Positions 1 through 8,602 of a stretch of 64,000 nucleotides of DNA are shown piece after piece. The DNA comes from a virus: the IMG/VR virus record IMGVR_UViG_3300035698_029289, positions 1-64,000 of that record; one strand, 5' to 3'. Made by a program: the position numbers and the translations under genes. Numbering within the stretch: position 1 is the first letter of the stretch; each line of letters starts with the position of its first letter. The notes beneath the pieces are model-generated. The model was not told where the DNA came from. It made no database searches and was given only the letters and a program-made list of their open reading frames with translations.

Positions 1-122
1 CGGTATAATGTAGCTTGTTCCCAAACTTTGTCTTTGCTCTTTCTTCTTTTGTTTATCTCCAATGCGTTTTTTCTCGCTATCTTGATAACATTCTTTAATG
101 CTTCATAAGTTTCTTTGTCCAT
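1..122 (-). CDS. small early protein, truncated by window edge
   Basis: ATG at 122 preceded by AAAGGTGGTGA RBS; reads MDKETYEALKNVIKIARK and stays open to the edge. Confidence 0.6.
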   Translation of the reverse strand, partial: MDKETYEALKNVIKIARKNALEINKRRKSKDKVWEQATLY

Positions 123-138
123 ATTTTTCACCACCTTT

Positions 139-330
139 CTATTTAGCTTCTTTAGAATTTTGTTCGTCAAAGGTTGTTTCTTCGTAGTGAAGGGAATACC
201 ATTCTTTACCAGACACACCACAATCTTCACACCGAAACGGATAATAAAGCTGGTTTCCGTCATTCACACAGGTTTCCCAGTCTATGTTTTCGCTTCCGCA
301 TTTTGGACATTTACCTGCTTCTTGCTTCAT
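139..330 (-). CDS. small Zn-ribbon protein
   Basis: CPKC...CEDC; RBS AAAGGCGGTGA. Confidence 0.75.
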   Translation of the reverse strand: MKQEAGKCPKCGSENIDWETCVNDGNQLYYPFRCEDCGVSGKEWYSLHYEETTFDEQNSKEAK

Positions 331-364
331 ATATTTTCACCGCCTTTCTTCGTTATTCAAATAA

Positions 365-535
365 TCAAAATTCAATAACAGGGTGATTTTTGTCTAAAAC
401 ATCTGTTCTTTTAGTAATGTTCAATCTCTTGGCCGGATAATACTCATCAATCAAGGTATTAAGGATTGAAACATCAGTATTTAGCTGTTCCTTGCTCAAC
501 TGATTAAGTTTAATTAGCAATTTTTTGTATGTCAT
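365..535 (-). CDS. hypothetical early protein (56 aa, below track cutoff)
   Basis: MTYKKLLIKLNQLSKEQLNTDV...HPVIEF; RBS AAAGGCAGTGA. Confidence 0.7.
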   Translation of the reverse strand: MTYKKLLIKLNQLSKEQLNTDVSILNTLIDEYYPAKRLNITKRTDVLDKNHPVIEF

Positions 536-551
536 ATTTTCTCACTGCCTT

Positions 552-740
552 TCAGCCCTCTTTAGAGATAGATAGTCTATTATTAACATTGATTTCATAG
601 CCTCTTTTCCCCAATTCATCACAAACAAGATTAAGCCATTGAAGGTCTTTAACCGAATAACACTCAGTAACATAAATGCTATCGTTAAGAGAGTGAGCCA
701 TTTCAATCAACTGCTTGTCGTTCATTTTTTTAACTTTCAT
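552..740 (-). CDS. hypothetical early protein
   Basis: ORF track; ATGA overlap with upstream gene. Confidence 0.7.
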   Translation of the reverse strand: MKVKKMNDKQLIEMAHSLNDSIYVTECYSVKDLQWLNLVCDELGKRGYEINVNNRLSISKEG

Positions 741-1015
741 TTATCCTCTAAAATGTATTCACTAATCATCTCTAAAGTTTCCCAATAACCGCCATCGCAA
801 TACGCATCTCCCATTTTACTCGCCAAGTGCTTCATATCGTTGTCATCAAACTTAGCTATTTTCTTCGGGGTTAAAAAAGCCATCAAATCAATCCGGCAGA
901 CACTTGAAACCTCAAATGGTTTGTTAAGGCAGTCGAGGCAAATGCCGGTAGCCTTTACAGCCTTTGGTGTATGCTCGCCATACTCGAATTTCTTTTGACA
1001 ATTTTTACAAATCAT
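737..1015 (-). CDS. Zn-finger hypothetical protein
   Basis: CKNC...CLDC; RBS GCAGGTGA. Confidence 0.7.
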   Translation of the reverse strand: MICKNCQKKFEYGEHTPKAVKATGICLDCLNKPFEVSSVCRIDLMAFLTPKKIAKFDDNDMKHLASKMGDAYCDGGYWETLEMISEYILEDK

Positions 1016-1185
1016 ATTTTCTCACCTGCTTCAAGATCAAGCGTTTTCTCTATTAGTTCGGTTAGCTTTTCTTTACAAACCGGACACAAGAGAAAAGAAT
1101 AATCAATGTCTTTCTCAAAGTCTTTCGGGTTCTCCCAAGAAAACAAGTTATCGGTTTTCTTTCCGCAAAAATAACATTCATTCAT
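1012..1185 (-). CDS. small Zn-finger protein
   Basis: CYFC...CPVC; RBS AGGGCGGTA before ATG 1185. Confidence 0.65.
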   Translation of the reverse strand: MNECYFCGKKTDNLFSWENPKDFEKDIDYSFLLCPVCKEKLTELIEKTLDLEAGEKI

Positions 1186-1493
1186 ATTTTTACCGCCCTT
1201 CAAACACTCTCATAAACTTCCTTGTCGCATTTCTCAACCGCAATAAGATAATTAGCATAGTTCTCTTTACAAAAAGCTACTGCTTCTTTATCGTTTGTTA
1301 GCAAAACTTTAATTTTCATATAGTGTAGATAGAATTACGAACATCTAAAATCTTTATTTCCTCTTGCTTTTCCAATTCCCGGCATTTGATTAACATTTTC
1401 TCAAACAATTTTTCATTTGAGTATTGTAAAATTGTTGTTTTGTAAGTTTTAGGATTAACTATAAAAATCTCTTTTGAAAAATCTTCTGTCATA

Positions 1494-1961
1494 TTATTTT
1501 ACCTCTCTGGTTAGGCGATCAAATGCTTTTAGCAAGCCATCGAAAGATGAGTAGTGGTTAGAGCCACCAGTCCAGTCTTTATCGTGTTTAGCAGTTCTAA
1601 CAAGAATGTTGTTATACCAGCTATCAGGAAAAAACCTAACATCACTTATGCTAAAATAAGCAATTTTACCAGTCTTTTTATTCTTGACAAACCCAGAGAC
1701 CCCAAAATGCCCCCTTGACCAGTTAAGCAATTCATAATCAGCGCCAATCATTTTTTTTAGGGTTTGTTTATAGTCTTTGGCAAATTGAGCAAACTCTGGT
1801 GTTAATCCGCTTGAGCTTTCAAAAGGATAGCCGAGCCATTGATCCATCCCTTTTTCTTTTCCGGCGCGTTTCTTTAGTTCTTTTAATGCTCCCAATGCTT
1901 GTTTGGTTGCTTCCAGGCTGGCTTCTTGTTCTGCTATTCTTTTATCGTATAAGGTTTTCAT
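1494..1961 (-). CDS. conserved phage hypothetical protein
   Basis: 155 aa ORF with SRGHFGVSGF...LVRTAKHDKDWTGGSN motif. Confidence 0.75.
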   Translation of the reverse strand: MKTLYDKRIAEQEASLEATKQALGALKELKKRAGKEKGMDQWLGYPFESSSGLTPEFAQFAKDYKQTLKKMIGADYELLNWSRGHFGVSGFVKNKKTGKIAYFSISDVRFFPDSWYNNILVRTAKHDKDWTGGSNHYSSFDGLLKAFDRLTREVK

Positions 1962-2073
1962 TTTTTCCCCTCGGCTTTCGCCACTTTGTTCAAGTATTTG
2001 AGATATTGCTTCTTCGTCATTATCTTCTCAGCGATTTCCAACTTGATGTTGGCGTTCAATTCATTGCTCATAA

Positions 2074-2313
2074 TTATTTTGTCCTCGATAGTAAAACTCT
2101 AACTCCGTCCATATACCAAACATACCAAACCGAGCCTTCAGTGTTCATTCTCTCTTTAATGGTATCCCAGTTGTTGCCATAGCATTTTTTAATCAAGTTC
2201 CTGGCGCTTACCTTGCCATTGATTGCTTGTTCATATAGCGAGTTCATCAAGTCGCAGGAGTCTATTTCCTGCTGGCTTTCAAACTGCCAAACATCACCGA
2301 TTTGTTTTCTCAT
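2074..2313 (-). CDS. hypothetical protein
   Basis: ORF track; part of overlapping leftward array. Confidence 0.65.
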   Translation of the reverse strand: MRKQIGDVWQFESQQEIDSCDLMNSLYEQAINGKVSARNLIKKCYGNNWDTIKERMNTEGSVWYVWYMDGVRVLLSRTK

Positions 2314-2480
2314 ACTATCATTATCCCCTTTAGCCCGGCCAATGCTCTTTCTTCAAGCCGGTCAAACTCTGGTTTGTCAAACTTATTCATCAACTCAAGG
2401 GTCCGGGCGTTTCTTTCGCTTTCAATGGCGCGGGCTTTGATTTCTTTTAATGAAGTGTAATTCAGGTTATCTCTTTCCAT
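2310..2480 (-). CDS. hypothetical protein (56 aa)
   Basis: MERDNLNYTSLKEIKARAIES...; overlaps both neighbours. Confidence 0.55.
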   Translation of the reverse strand: MERDNLNYTSLKEIKARAIESERNARTLELMNKFDKPEFDRLEERALAGLKGIMIV

Positions 2481-2703
2481 ATTTCCTCTCTATATACTCC
2501 TCAGCAGTTTCACAGCATAAAGCTAGGAATGATGGGTGAATACCAAGATTGCTTTCAGTCTTTTTGATTATATTTCCGAAGGTCTTGCCTTTTATCCTCT
2601 TGAAGTCTTGCCAAAAGAAAACCAATTTCTTATCTGCTTCTTTGTTTGATCTATCGAAGTTCGAGGCGCTTATTGTTTTGTGTAGCTTCTTCCACTTATT
2701 CAT
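2467..2703 (-). CDS. hypothetical protein
   Basis: Likely start ATG 2703 (MNKWKK), downstream of a leftward TTGACA promoter at 2765. Confidence 0.6.
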   Translation of the reverse strand: MNKWKKLHKTISASNFDRSNKEADKKLVFFWQDFKRIKGKTFGNIIKKTESNLGIHPSFLALCCETAEEYIERKYGKR

Positions 2704-2964
2704 ATCTTTTAACTCTAACTTTAGGCTTCTATGATAACAGTAACATACAGAAATTAGTTTGTCAAGTGCCAATTTAGGCAGGGAATAGGGACTTGACTCT
2801 ATATCAGCAACCCTTTTTGTTTTTATACTGGGACTATCTTTAACCATAATAATAGGATAGGGGAGGGGTAGTTTTTTTGGAGTTATCCCTCTCCATTTTC
2901 CCCTTTTATAGGCACAAAAATCCAATTTCAGAGTCCTATAACTATTTCCTAACAACATTTCCGG

Positions 2965-3282
2965 TTATTCTTCTTTCAATTCTTCCCACGCCTCGTAAAG
3001 CAACCGATTATTTACCAAATACTGCCCAGACATTATGGCTTTGATAAAATCAGGCTTGCCCTCTTGGTTTTTAGCAAATCCAAATTCCTCGATGGCGTCC
3101 TCGATGTCGCTATAATTATCCTTCGCCCACTCAAGTAGGGCAGAGGTATAAACATCAACATTACTATCAGCCAGCTCGATGATGGTATCTTGAATGTTAT
3201 TTTCGATGGCTTCTTCAAGTTCTTTTTTACCGCCAAAGCAGTCAATTAACTGCTCTTTTGCGTCTTTTATATTTTCAATCAT
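2965..3282 (-). CDS. acidic hypothetical protein
   Basis: RBS AAAGGAGGTGA before ATG 3282; Asp/Glu-rich. Confidence 0.75.
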   Translation of the reverse strand: MIENIKDAKEQLIDCFGGKKELEEAIENNIQDTIIELADSNVDVYTSALLEWAKDNYSDIEDAIEEFGFAKNQEGKPDFIKAIMSGQYLVNNRLLYEAWEELKEE

Positions 3283-3403
3283 ATTTTTCACCTCCTTTTT
3301 CTGCTCAAAAACTACCCTATAATAAAAATCAGGTTTTGTTGATTATAGGCTTAAAATGGCATCTTCTCCCATCGGTGGGTAGTGAATTGCTTTAGGCCCA
3401 TAG

Positions 3404-3598
3404 TTAAACCTTTGTTAGCTTGTAAATCTTGATGGTTTTTTCTATTTCTTTAATTTCTTTGGCATCTTCCTCGGTGTTGTCTATCCATTCAAGAATTGCC
3501 TTGTTGACTGCTGGCAGGGAGTCAAAAACCTGTTCGGGATATACTCCGGTAGTGATGACGCTTTCATTGTAGCCTTGAAAAGTCGCTATATATTTCAT
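3404..3598 (-). CDS. hypothetical protein
   Basis: RBS AAGGGGGTGA. Confidence 0.7.
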   Translation of the reverse strand: MKYIATFQGYNESVITTGVYPEQVFDSLPAVNKAILEWIDNTEEDAKEIKEIEKTIKIYKLTKV

Positions 3599-3671
3599 AA
3601 ATTCTCACCCCCTTCTTTAAGACCTCATCTGGGGGGGCTTCCAGGCTTTCAGAAACCCCGCCAGTCAAGCC

Positions 3672-3920
3672 TTAAGCCTCTCTCAGTCCCTCCCAAACTT
3701 CAACCCAATTTACTTGCCTCAGGCTCATATTGATTAAATCAGTAAATAAACCTTTCTCAAGTAAACCTTGTTCATCCGCCCAGTTTTCAACCATTTCTTT
3801 TAACATTTCTGGGGTTTTACAGGCTTTTGCCATCTCACAGCTTCCCTCGTCATTTGTTAGCCAAAGGTTGGCGTTCCAGGTTTCCCAGTTCGTCCAGCCG
3901 TTGTATTTTTTATCGGTCAT
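3672..3920 (-). CDS. conserved phage early protein (YNGWTNWETW family)
   Basis: N-terminal YNGWTNxETW motif; RBS GGGGAGGTGA. Confidence 0.8.
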   Translation of the reverse strand: MTDKKYNGWTNWETWNANLWLTNDEGSCEMAKACKTPEMLKEMVENWADEQGLLEKGLFTDLINMSLRQVNWVEVWEGLREA

Positions 3921-4013
3921 ATTTTCTCACCTCCCCTCAGTAAGCTACTAAAATCCAAATGTAGATGGATAGTAAAATCATCAATAACCGGAGAAAGTCA
4001 AAAGCGTCTTTTT

Positions 4014-4217
4014 TCATAGGCCTGATCCTCTATAATTCATCACTAAAAACCTAAGCCACTTTTCGCCCTTCTTTTTTCTTTGGGTGATGATAACTTCGCC
4101 TTGCTTGTTGTTTTCGAGAAGAAGCCGCCGGGCGGCGTTTAATGCTCCGCGCTGACTGGTTCGGAGTAATGAGCCAGTCGGGTCATTGTCATTTCTCAAT
4201 CTGAGCTGGTAGGACAT
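4014..4217 (-). CDS. hypothetical protein, first gene of leftward unit
   Basis: ATG 4217 lies 10 nt after the -10 box. Confidence 0.55.
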   Translation of the reverse strand: MSYQLRLRNDNDPTGSLLRTSQRGALNAARRLLLENNKQGEVIITQRKKKGEKWLRFLVMNYRGSGL

Positions 4218-4227
4218 AGCACCCTTA

Positions 4228-4256
4228 ATCTTACTAGAGTTAGAAACCCTTGTCAA
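4228..4256 (-). promoter_or_regulatory. sigma70 promoter of leftward early genes
   Basis: TTGACA(4256-4251)-17 nt-TAAGAT(4233-4228). Confidence 0.7.
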
Positions 4257-4642
4257 TAGTCAATTTATTTATTATTATAGGCGTTTATACCTGGGGACTA
4301 GGCCTATAAGTCGAGTTTTTACTATTGGATTGGGCGTGGTTTTTTACTATGGGTTGGCGCGCTTAGGGGTTTTTGCGCTATCAATTCCCCTTCCTTTCTT
4401 TCTTTTATAGATGATTTATTCCTTTATGTTCTTATATTACATCTCCCCTCTTACATTCTCCCCTTTCCTTCCTTTTTTTTGATGAGGTTTTATTTTAGGG
4501 GGGTGGGGGTGGGGGCTTGTGGTTGTTCTCCCTGAGAAAGCGATGGGGGTTTTTATGAAATGGGTAAGGGATTAATGAATTTTTGAGGGTGCAAGCGTAT
4601 TCCCACCCCCCTCCCAAAAATTCCCACCAAAATTAGCCACCC

Positions 4643-4730
4643 CCAGGCACAAGCGCTTAATACTATGTCTTCAAGAAATAAAATTTCCCAATAAATTTTC
4701 AAGTTTCCAGGCATAAAACCTTCATACTAT
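4643..4730 (+). repeat. 24-nt imperfect direct repeat in non-coding region
   Basis: CCAGGCACAAGCGCTTAATACTAT (4643-4666) vs CCAGGCATAAAACCTTCATACTAT (4707-4730), 19/24 identical. Confidence 0.6.
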
Positions 4731-4848
4731 TGATTTCCCGCGAACTCTCTGCTATAATTCCTCATATGTGGTTGTACTGGCTCATTCTTTTTGTGTTCTC
4801 TCTGATTCCAGGCCCTAAGAGGTATTAAATGGCTAAAGTAATTACATT

Positions 4849-5043
4849 ATGGCTTATGCAATAGATCCTAGCCAGAAAGAGATTGATAAACTGAACTTCG
4901 ATTTAGCTGTTGCTGGTAGTATTGTTAGGCTATGGAAACTTTATTGTTCTGATAAAAATGTTCGAGAAAATACTAACCTAGTATCAGGATCTCCAGTATT
5001 TAATGCTAATGGTTTCATTTTATGGTTAAAGGAAAAGAAATGA
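4849..5043 (+). CDS. hypothetical protein
   Basis: ORF track. Confidence 0.5.
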   Translation: MAYAIDPSQKEIDKLNFDLAVAGSIVRLWKLYCSDKNVRENTNLVSGSPVFNANGFILWLKEKK

Positions 5044-5199
5044 AAAGTAAAGAACCATCTATGCCAATGACAAAAAAACAAAAGAAGTTTTATGAAAAAA
5101 TGGGATGGTCAACTGAATGGGTAACGAAAAGAATGGCAATTAAAAGAATGGCTGATTTGTTTGAGCAGAAGAGAAAGAATAGGAAGGGAGTGGAATAGA

Positions 5200-5439
5200 A
5201 TGAAAACTAAATTTGGCTACAATGCTAATAATAAAAAAAGCGACTGGGTTTTAATCCAGTTTGAAAAGCTAAGCAAAGAGCAAATGAAGCATTTGCACGA
5301 AGCAGAACAAGAATTATCAGCAGCAGGGATTAGTTTTGACACAGGCTATGATTTTGAAACAAAAACCAGAGATTGGGAATTTGACTGGTCGCTTAAAGGA
5401 GCAAGGGTAAGCGTTAAAAAGAATAGGAGGAAGGTATGA
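5200..5439 (+). CDS. hypothetical protein
   Basis: ATG 5200 with GGAG upstream; AGISFDTG...RDWEFDWSLKG motif. Confidence 0.7.
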   Translation: MKTKFGYNANNKKSDWVLIQFEKLSKEQMKHLHEAEQELSAAGISFDTGYDFETKTRDWEFDWSLKGARVSVKKNRRKV

Positions 5440-5783
5440 AAATCGCCTTTGATTTCAATGGTGTTTTGGACATTTATCCCAACATCTTCTTTCCATTGAT
5501 TCATCTTCTCCGTATTTCTGGTCATCAAGTGATTTTATGCACCGGCAATGCTAGTAAAGCATTTCCCCAAGAGTTTAAAGATCAGTTTGATTTCTGTATA
5601 TTTTGCGATGGGCCCGAAGAAGAGAAGAGGTTAACTGGGCGGGTGGCCAAGAATCATGTTGAAAAGATGAAGTATTGGAAAGCTGCGGCGCTCAAGAAGC
5701 ATAAAGTCGATTTACTGTTTGATGATTTCGCCGATGTGATAAAAGGAACTCCCTGTGTTAGAATAGGGCCGGAAACCATATGA
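5436..5783 (+). CDS. HAD-superfamily hydrolase-like protein
   Basis: IAFDFNGVL motif I, ILCTG motif II, K and LFDD motif IV. Confidence 0.7.
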   Translation: MKIAFDFNGVLDIYPNIFFPLIHLLRISGHQVILCTGNASKAFPQEFKDQFDFCIFCDGPEEEKRLTGRVAKNHVEKMKYWKAAALKKHKVDLLFDDFADVIKGTPCVRIGPETI

Positions 5784-6067
5784 ATTGGAACAAAATCTCT
5801 CCGAAAAGAAAAAATGAAAGCTATCTTATTTATGTTGAACATGAAGGTAGTGATTTTAAGGTTATTGGTGATTGGGATCCATGGATGTTTAAGGAACTCA
5901 AAAAAAAGAAATGGTTTCTTGTTCGCTCAGGAGATGTGATGGAAAAAGTCTATCCCGCCTTTGCCACTCTTGTCAAAGGTGTTGATAACTGGGACTTCGT
6001 TTTCGAGAGGCTAAAAGAGGCAAATACCAAAAAAACTCTCACTGAGTATTTGTTCCAAAAAATTTGA
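5780..6067 (+). CDS. hypothetical protein
   Basis: ATGA overlap with upstream gene. Confidence 0.6.
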   Translation: MNWNKISPKRKNESYLIYVEHEGSDFKVIGDWDPWMFKELKKKKWFLVRSGDVMEKVYPAFATLVKGVDNWDFVFERLKEANTKKTLTEYLFQKI

Positions 6068-6101
6068 CTTTCCAAACATAAGTGCTTTATACTTTCTTTA
6101 C

Positions 6102-7130
6102 ATGAGGGTTTTAGTTACTGGTAGCGCTGGATTCATGGGAGGCCATTTGGTTGATTCCCTGGTGGCAACGGGAAAACATCAGGTTTATGGAGTTGATGAT
6201 CTCTCGGGAGGATACAAAAGAAATATCAATCCCCAATCGCACTTCAAGAAGCTTGACCTTCGCAATCGGAAGAAAACAGCAAAGTACATTGCCAAAATCA
6301 AGCCGGAGCTTCTTTTTTACTTAGCGGCTGATGCTTCAGAGGGAAGAAGTCAATTTACCCCGATTTCGGCTACTGAGAGAAATTATTTGGCATATTTGTA
6401 TACCTTGATTCCCTGTATCAGAAACGGAATCAAAAAGGTGGTCTTAACAAGCAGCATGAGCGTTTACGGCGCACAGAAGCCACCGTTTTCCGAGGACATG
6501 CCGAAGAAGCCGGAAGACATCTACGGCATCGCCAAAACCGCCATGGAGGAGGCAACCAAGGTTTTGGCCAAAGTCCATCAATTCAAATATGTGATTGTCC
6601 GGCCCCACAATGTCTACGGCCCGAGACAGAACTGTTCTGATCCCTACAGGAACGTGATTGGCATTTTCATCAACCGCCTTTTGTACAATAAGAATTTTTA
6701 CATTTACGGAGACGGCGAGCAGAAAAGAGCCTTCACTTATATCGATGACTTCACTCCCTATTTCATGAGAATCGGATTTTTGGACAGTTGCGACGGAGAA
6801 ATCATCAATATCGGTCCCACCAAGAAATATACCATCAATCAGTTGGCCGAGACTGTCCTGAGATGCTTTTTCCCGGATAGAAAGATTCCCGAGAACTTCA
6901 GGCCTCAATATTTGCCTCCCAGACCCCAAGAGGTCAAAGAAGCCTATTGCACCAAAGAAAAGGCGAAAAGACTCTTGGATTATCAACCGAAGGTTTCTTT
7001 AAAAGAGGGAGTCCAAAGGATGGTGGCTTGGGCAAGGAAAATCGGTCCCCAGAAATTCAAATATTTAAAGAGCGGCCTGGAGCTTGAAAGCAAAGATGTG
7101 CCACTGACTTGGAGTAAAAAATTAATTTAA
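6102..7130 (+). CDS. NAD-dependent epimerase/dehydratase (UDP-sugar epimerase-like extended SDR)
   Basis: TGSAGFMG Rossmann motif, YGIAK catalytic motif, RPHNVYGP, IYGDGEQKRAFTYIDD. Confidence 0.93.
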   Translation: MRVLVTGSAGFMGGHLVDSLVATGKHQVYGVDDLSGGYKRNINPQSHFKKLDLRNRKKTAKYIAKIKPELLFYLAADASEGRSQFTPISATERNYLAYLYTLIPCIRNGIKKVVLTSSMSVYGAQKPPFSEDMPKKPEDIYGIAKTAMEEATKVLAKVHQFKYVIVRPHNVYGPRQNCSDPYRNVIGIFINRLLYNKNFYIYGDGEQKRAFTYIDDFTPYFMRIGFLDSCDGEIINIGPTKKYTINQLAETVLRCFFPDRKIPENFRPQYLPPRPQEVKEAYCTKEKAKRLLDYQPKVSLKEGVQRMVAWARKIGPQKFKYLKSGLELESKDVPLTWSKKLI

Positions 7131-7133
7131 TTG

Positions 7134-7210
7134 GGTATCCGAGCGGATTCGAACCGCCACCATTCCGGGTTCACAGCCCAGTGCTCTAAACCAATTGAGC
7201 TACGGACACC
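7134..7210 (-). tRNA. tRNA-His(GTG)
   Basis: Cloverleaf; anticodon arm CTGGG-CTGTGAA-CCCGG; G-1:C73; no encoded CCA. Confidence 0.93.
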
Positions 7211-7219
7211 ATATTGTTG

Positions 7220-7292
7220 TGGAAAGTTCTGGAGTTGAACCAGAATCCCCTGATTTTCAGTCAAGTGCCGTGACCACCTTGGCTAACTTTCC
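7220..7292 (-). tRNA. tRNA-Phe(GAA)
   Basis: CTTGA-CTGAAAA-TCAGG; T-loop TTCAACT. Confidence 0.92.
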
Positions 7293-7300
7293 TTATTTTG

Positions 7301-7371
7301 TACCGTTACGGAGAATCGAACTCCGGTTATTGGGATGAAAACCCAACGTCCTGCCACTAGACTATAACGGC
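7301..7371 (-). tRNA. tRNA-Glu(TTC)
   Basis: TTGGG-TTTTCAT-CCCAA; T-loop TTCGATT. Confidence 0.9.
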
Positions 7372-7375
7372 TTTG

Positions 7376-7450
7376 CGAGGTCGATGGGATTTGAACCCAC
7401 GGTCTACGGCTTGACAAGCCGGCGCTTTGTCCGGACTAAGCTACGACCTC
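7376..7450 (-). tRNA. tRNA-Asp(GTC)
   Basis: CCGGC-TTGTCAA-GCCGT; G73. Confidence 0.92.
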
Positions 7451-7455
7451 TAGTG

Positions 7456-7529
7456 TGGACCCGAGGAGATTCGAACTCCTAACCTACTCTGTGCAAAAGA
7501 GTCGCTCTAGCCGTTAGAGCTACGAGCCC
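7456..7529 (-). tRNA. tRNA-Ala(TGC)
   Basis: ACTCT-TTTGCAC-AGAGT; G3:U70 present. Confidence 0.93.
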
Positions 7530-7533
7530 TTGT

Positions 7534-7618
7534 TGGCGGAAGATAGAGGAATTGAACCTCTCTGTCCCGAAGGACACGGTTTTCAAGACCGAGGCGACCC
7601 AGTACGCTTTAATCTTCC
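7534..7618 (-). tRNA. tRNA-Ser(TGA)
   Basis: CGGT-CTTGAAA-ACCG; long variable arm TGTCC-TTCG-GGACA; G73 and CCA. Confidence 0.88.
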
Positions 7619-7623
7619 TTGTG

Positions 7624-7711
7624 CGGAAGAGGCGAGATTTGAACTCGCGTATGGAAAAACCAATTCTCCCTTAGCGGGGGAGCACGGTCAACCGGCGCCG
7701 TTTTCGCTTCC
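7624..7711 (-). tRNA. tRNA-Ser(GCT), C33 variant
   Basis: CTCCC-CCGCTAA-GGGAG; long variable arm; G73. Confidence 0.82.
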
Positions 7712-7786
7712 TAATTTTCTTCTTCTTCTTTTAAGCTTCCTTGCCCTTCTTTTGGCCAGGTTCTTTTTTTTCTTCGATTTTGCCAT
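7688..7786 (-). CDS. putative 32-aa Lys/Arg-rich peptide
   Basis: MAKSKKKKNLAKRRARKLKRRRRKLGSENGAG; fills the Pro-Ser tRNA spacer and its 3' end overlaps tRNA-Ser. Confidence 0.45.
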   Translation of the reverse strand: MAKSKKKKNLAKRRARKLKRRRRKLGSENGAG

Positions 7787-7789
7787 TTG

Positions 7790-7861
7790 TCAGGGATGGG
7801 AATTCCGAGATCCCGGCCTCGCGGGCCCAGGCCGCGCGCTCTGCCTCTGAGCTAATCCCTG
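7790..7861 (-). tRNA. tRNA-Pro(TGG), C33 and atypical T-arm
   Basis: Acceptor CAGGGAT/ATCCCTG-A; CGCGG-CCTGGGC-CCGCG; T-arm GGGAT-CTCGGAA-TTCCC. Confidence 0.8.
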
Positions 7862-7864
7862 ATA

Positions 7865-8065
7865 TTACTTTGATTTTACCTCATATTCTCCTACATAGTC
7901 AATGTAATCTTCATCCGCGGAAAAGGTGACTCCTTTTACCGGGGCATCTTCGTCTTTTCCGTGACCCGGAATATAGAGATCGACATAATCATACATCCTG
8001 GTAAAACACCACATTCCGACCCACATTAAGATTCCGCTGATAATTCTTTCTATTTTATCTTTCAT
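7865..8065 (-). CDS. small protein with N-terminal hydrophobic helix
   Basis: Fills the Tyr-Pro tRNA spacer exactly. Confidence 0.65.
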   Translation of the reverse strand: MKDKIERIISGILMWVGMWCFTRMYDYVDLYIPGHGKDEDAPVKGVTFSADEDYIDYVGEYEVKSK

Positions 8066-8067
8066 AG

Positions 8068-8152
8068 TGCCGCCTAGAGGTATCGAACCTCTCTAATCTT
8101 CTCAGATTTCGGCTTTACAGGCCGAGTCGCATCCTTAACGATTTACGACGGC
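8068..8152 (-). tRNA. tRNA-Tyr(GTA)
   Basis: TCGGC-CTGTAAA-GCCGA; long variable arm; A73. Confidence 0.88.
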
Positions 8153-8602
8153 TTACCACCAAAGAGCGTGATACCATTTCACAAATAACTTCATTCCTTT
8201 CTCTCTCTGCTTTTCCAGTTTTTTCCATTGTTTGATAGTTGGTGTGTCATCTTGCTTTTTTGCCGCTTCAAACCCTTTTATCATTTGATTTAGTATTTCA
8301 TCCCATTTTTTGTATGCCTTTTTCCATTGTTTTTCTGTCAAATCTGGTTCTCCAAGTGAAGCAGGGCAGCTTCTTTGGTATTTCTTCATACTTCTTAGTG
8401 CATCGGGGATCCAACTGGATAGATAGTAGTCCAAACCCCAAGCGTCGCAGTCAGACCAACCTCTTTTGCCTCGTTGGATAAACCATTTGATCTCCGTCAG
8501 TATCTCTCCTGGTTTTTCTAATACTCTTTCGATTGGCCACCAAATGTTTGCCTCCAACCACTCAAGCTTTGTTTTTGGTTTCCATTCCTCTAATTTTTTC
8601 AT
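8153..8602 (-). CDS. conserved phage hypothetical protein
   Basis: True start ATG 8602 (MKKLEEW); QRGKRGWSDCDAWGLDYYL...WDEILNQMIKGF...GMKLFVKWYHALW. Confidence 0.8.
   Translation of the reverse strand: MKKLEEWKPKTKLEWLEANIWWPIERVLEKPGEILTEIKWFIQRGKRGWSDCDAWGLDYYLSSWIPDALRSMKKYQRSCPASLGEPDLTEKQWKKAYKKWDEILNQMIKGFEAAKKQDDTPTIKQWKKLEKQREKGMKLFVKWYHALWW

Noticed and set aside
2704-2958. N-terminal extension of the 2467 ORF
   Set aside because: Spans a TTGACA promoter and non-coding-looking sequence; ATG 2703 preferred
7530-7929. Plus-strand ORFs over the tRNA cluster (also 9326-9559) and the 8603-8662 extension of the 8153 ORF
   Set aside because: Shadow translations of tRNA genes
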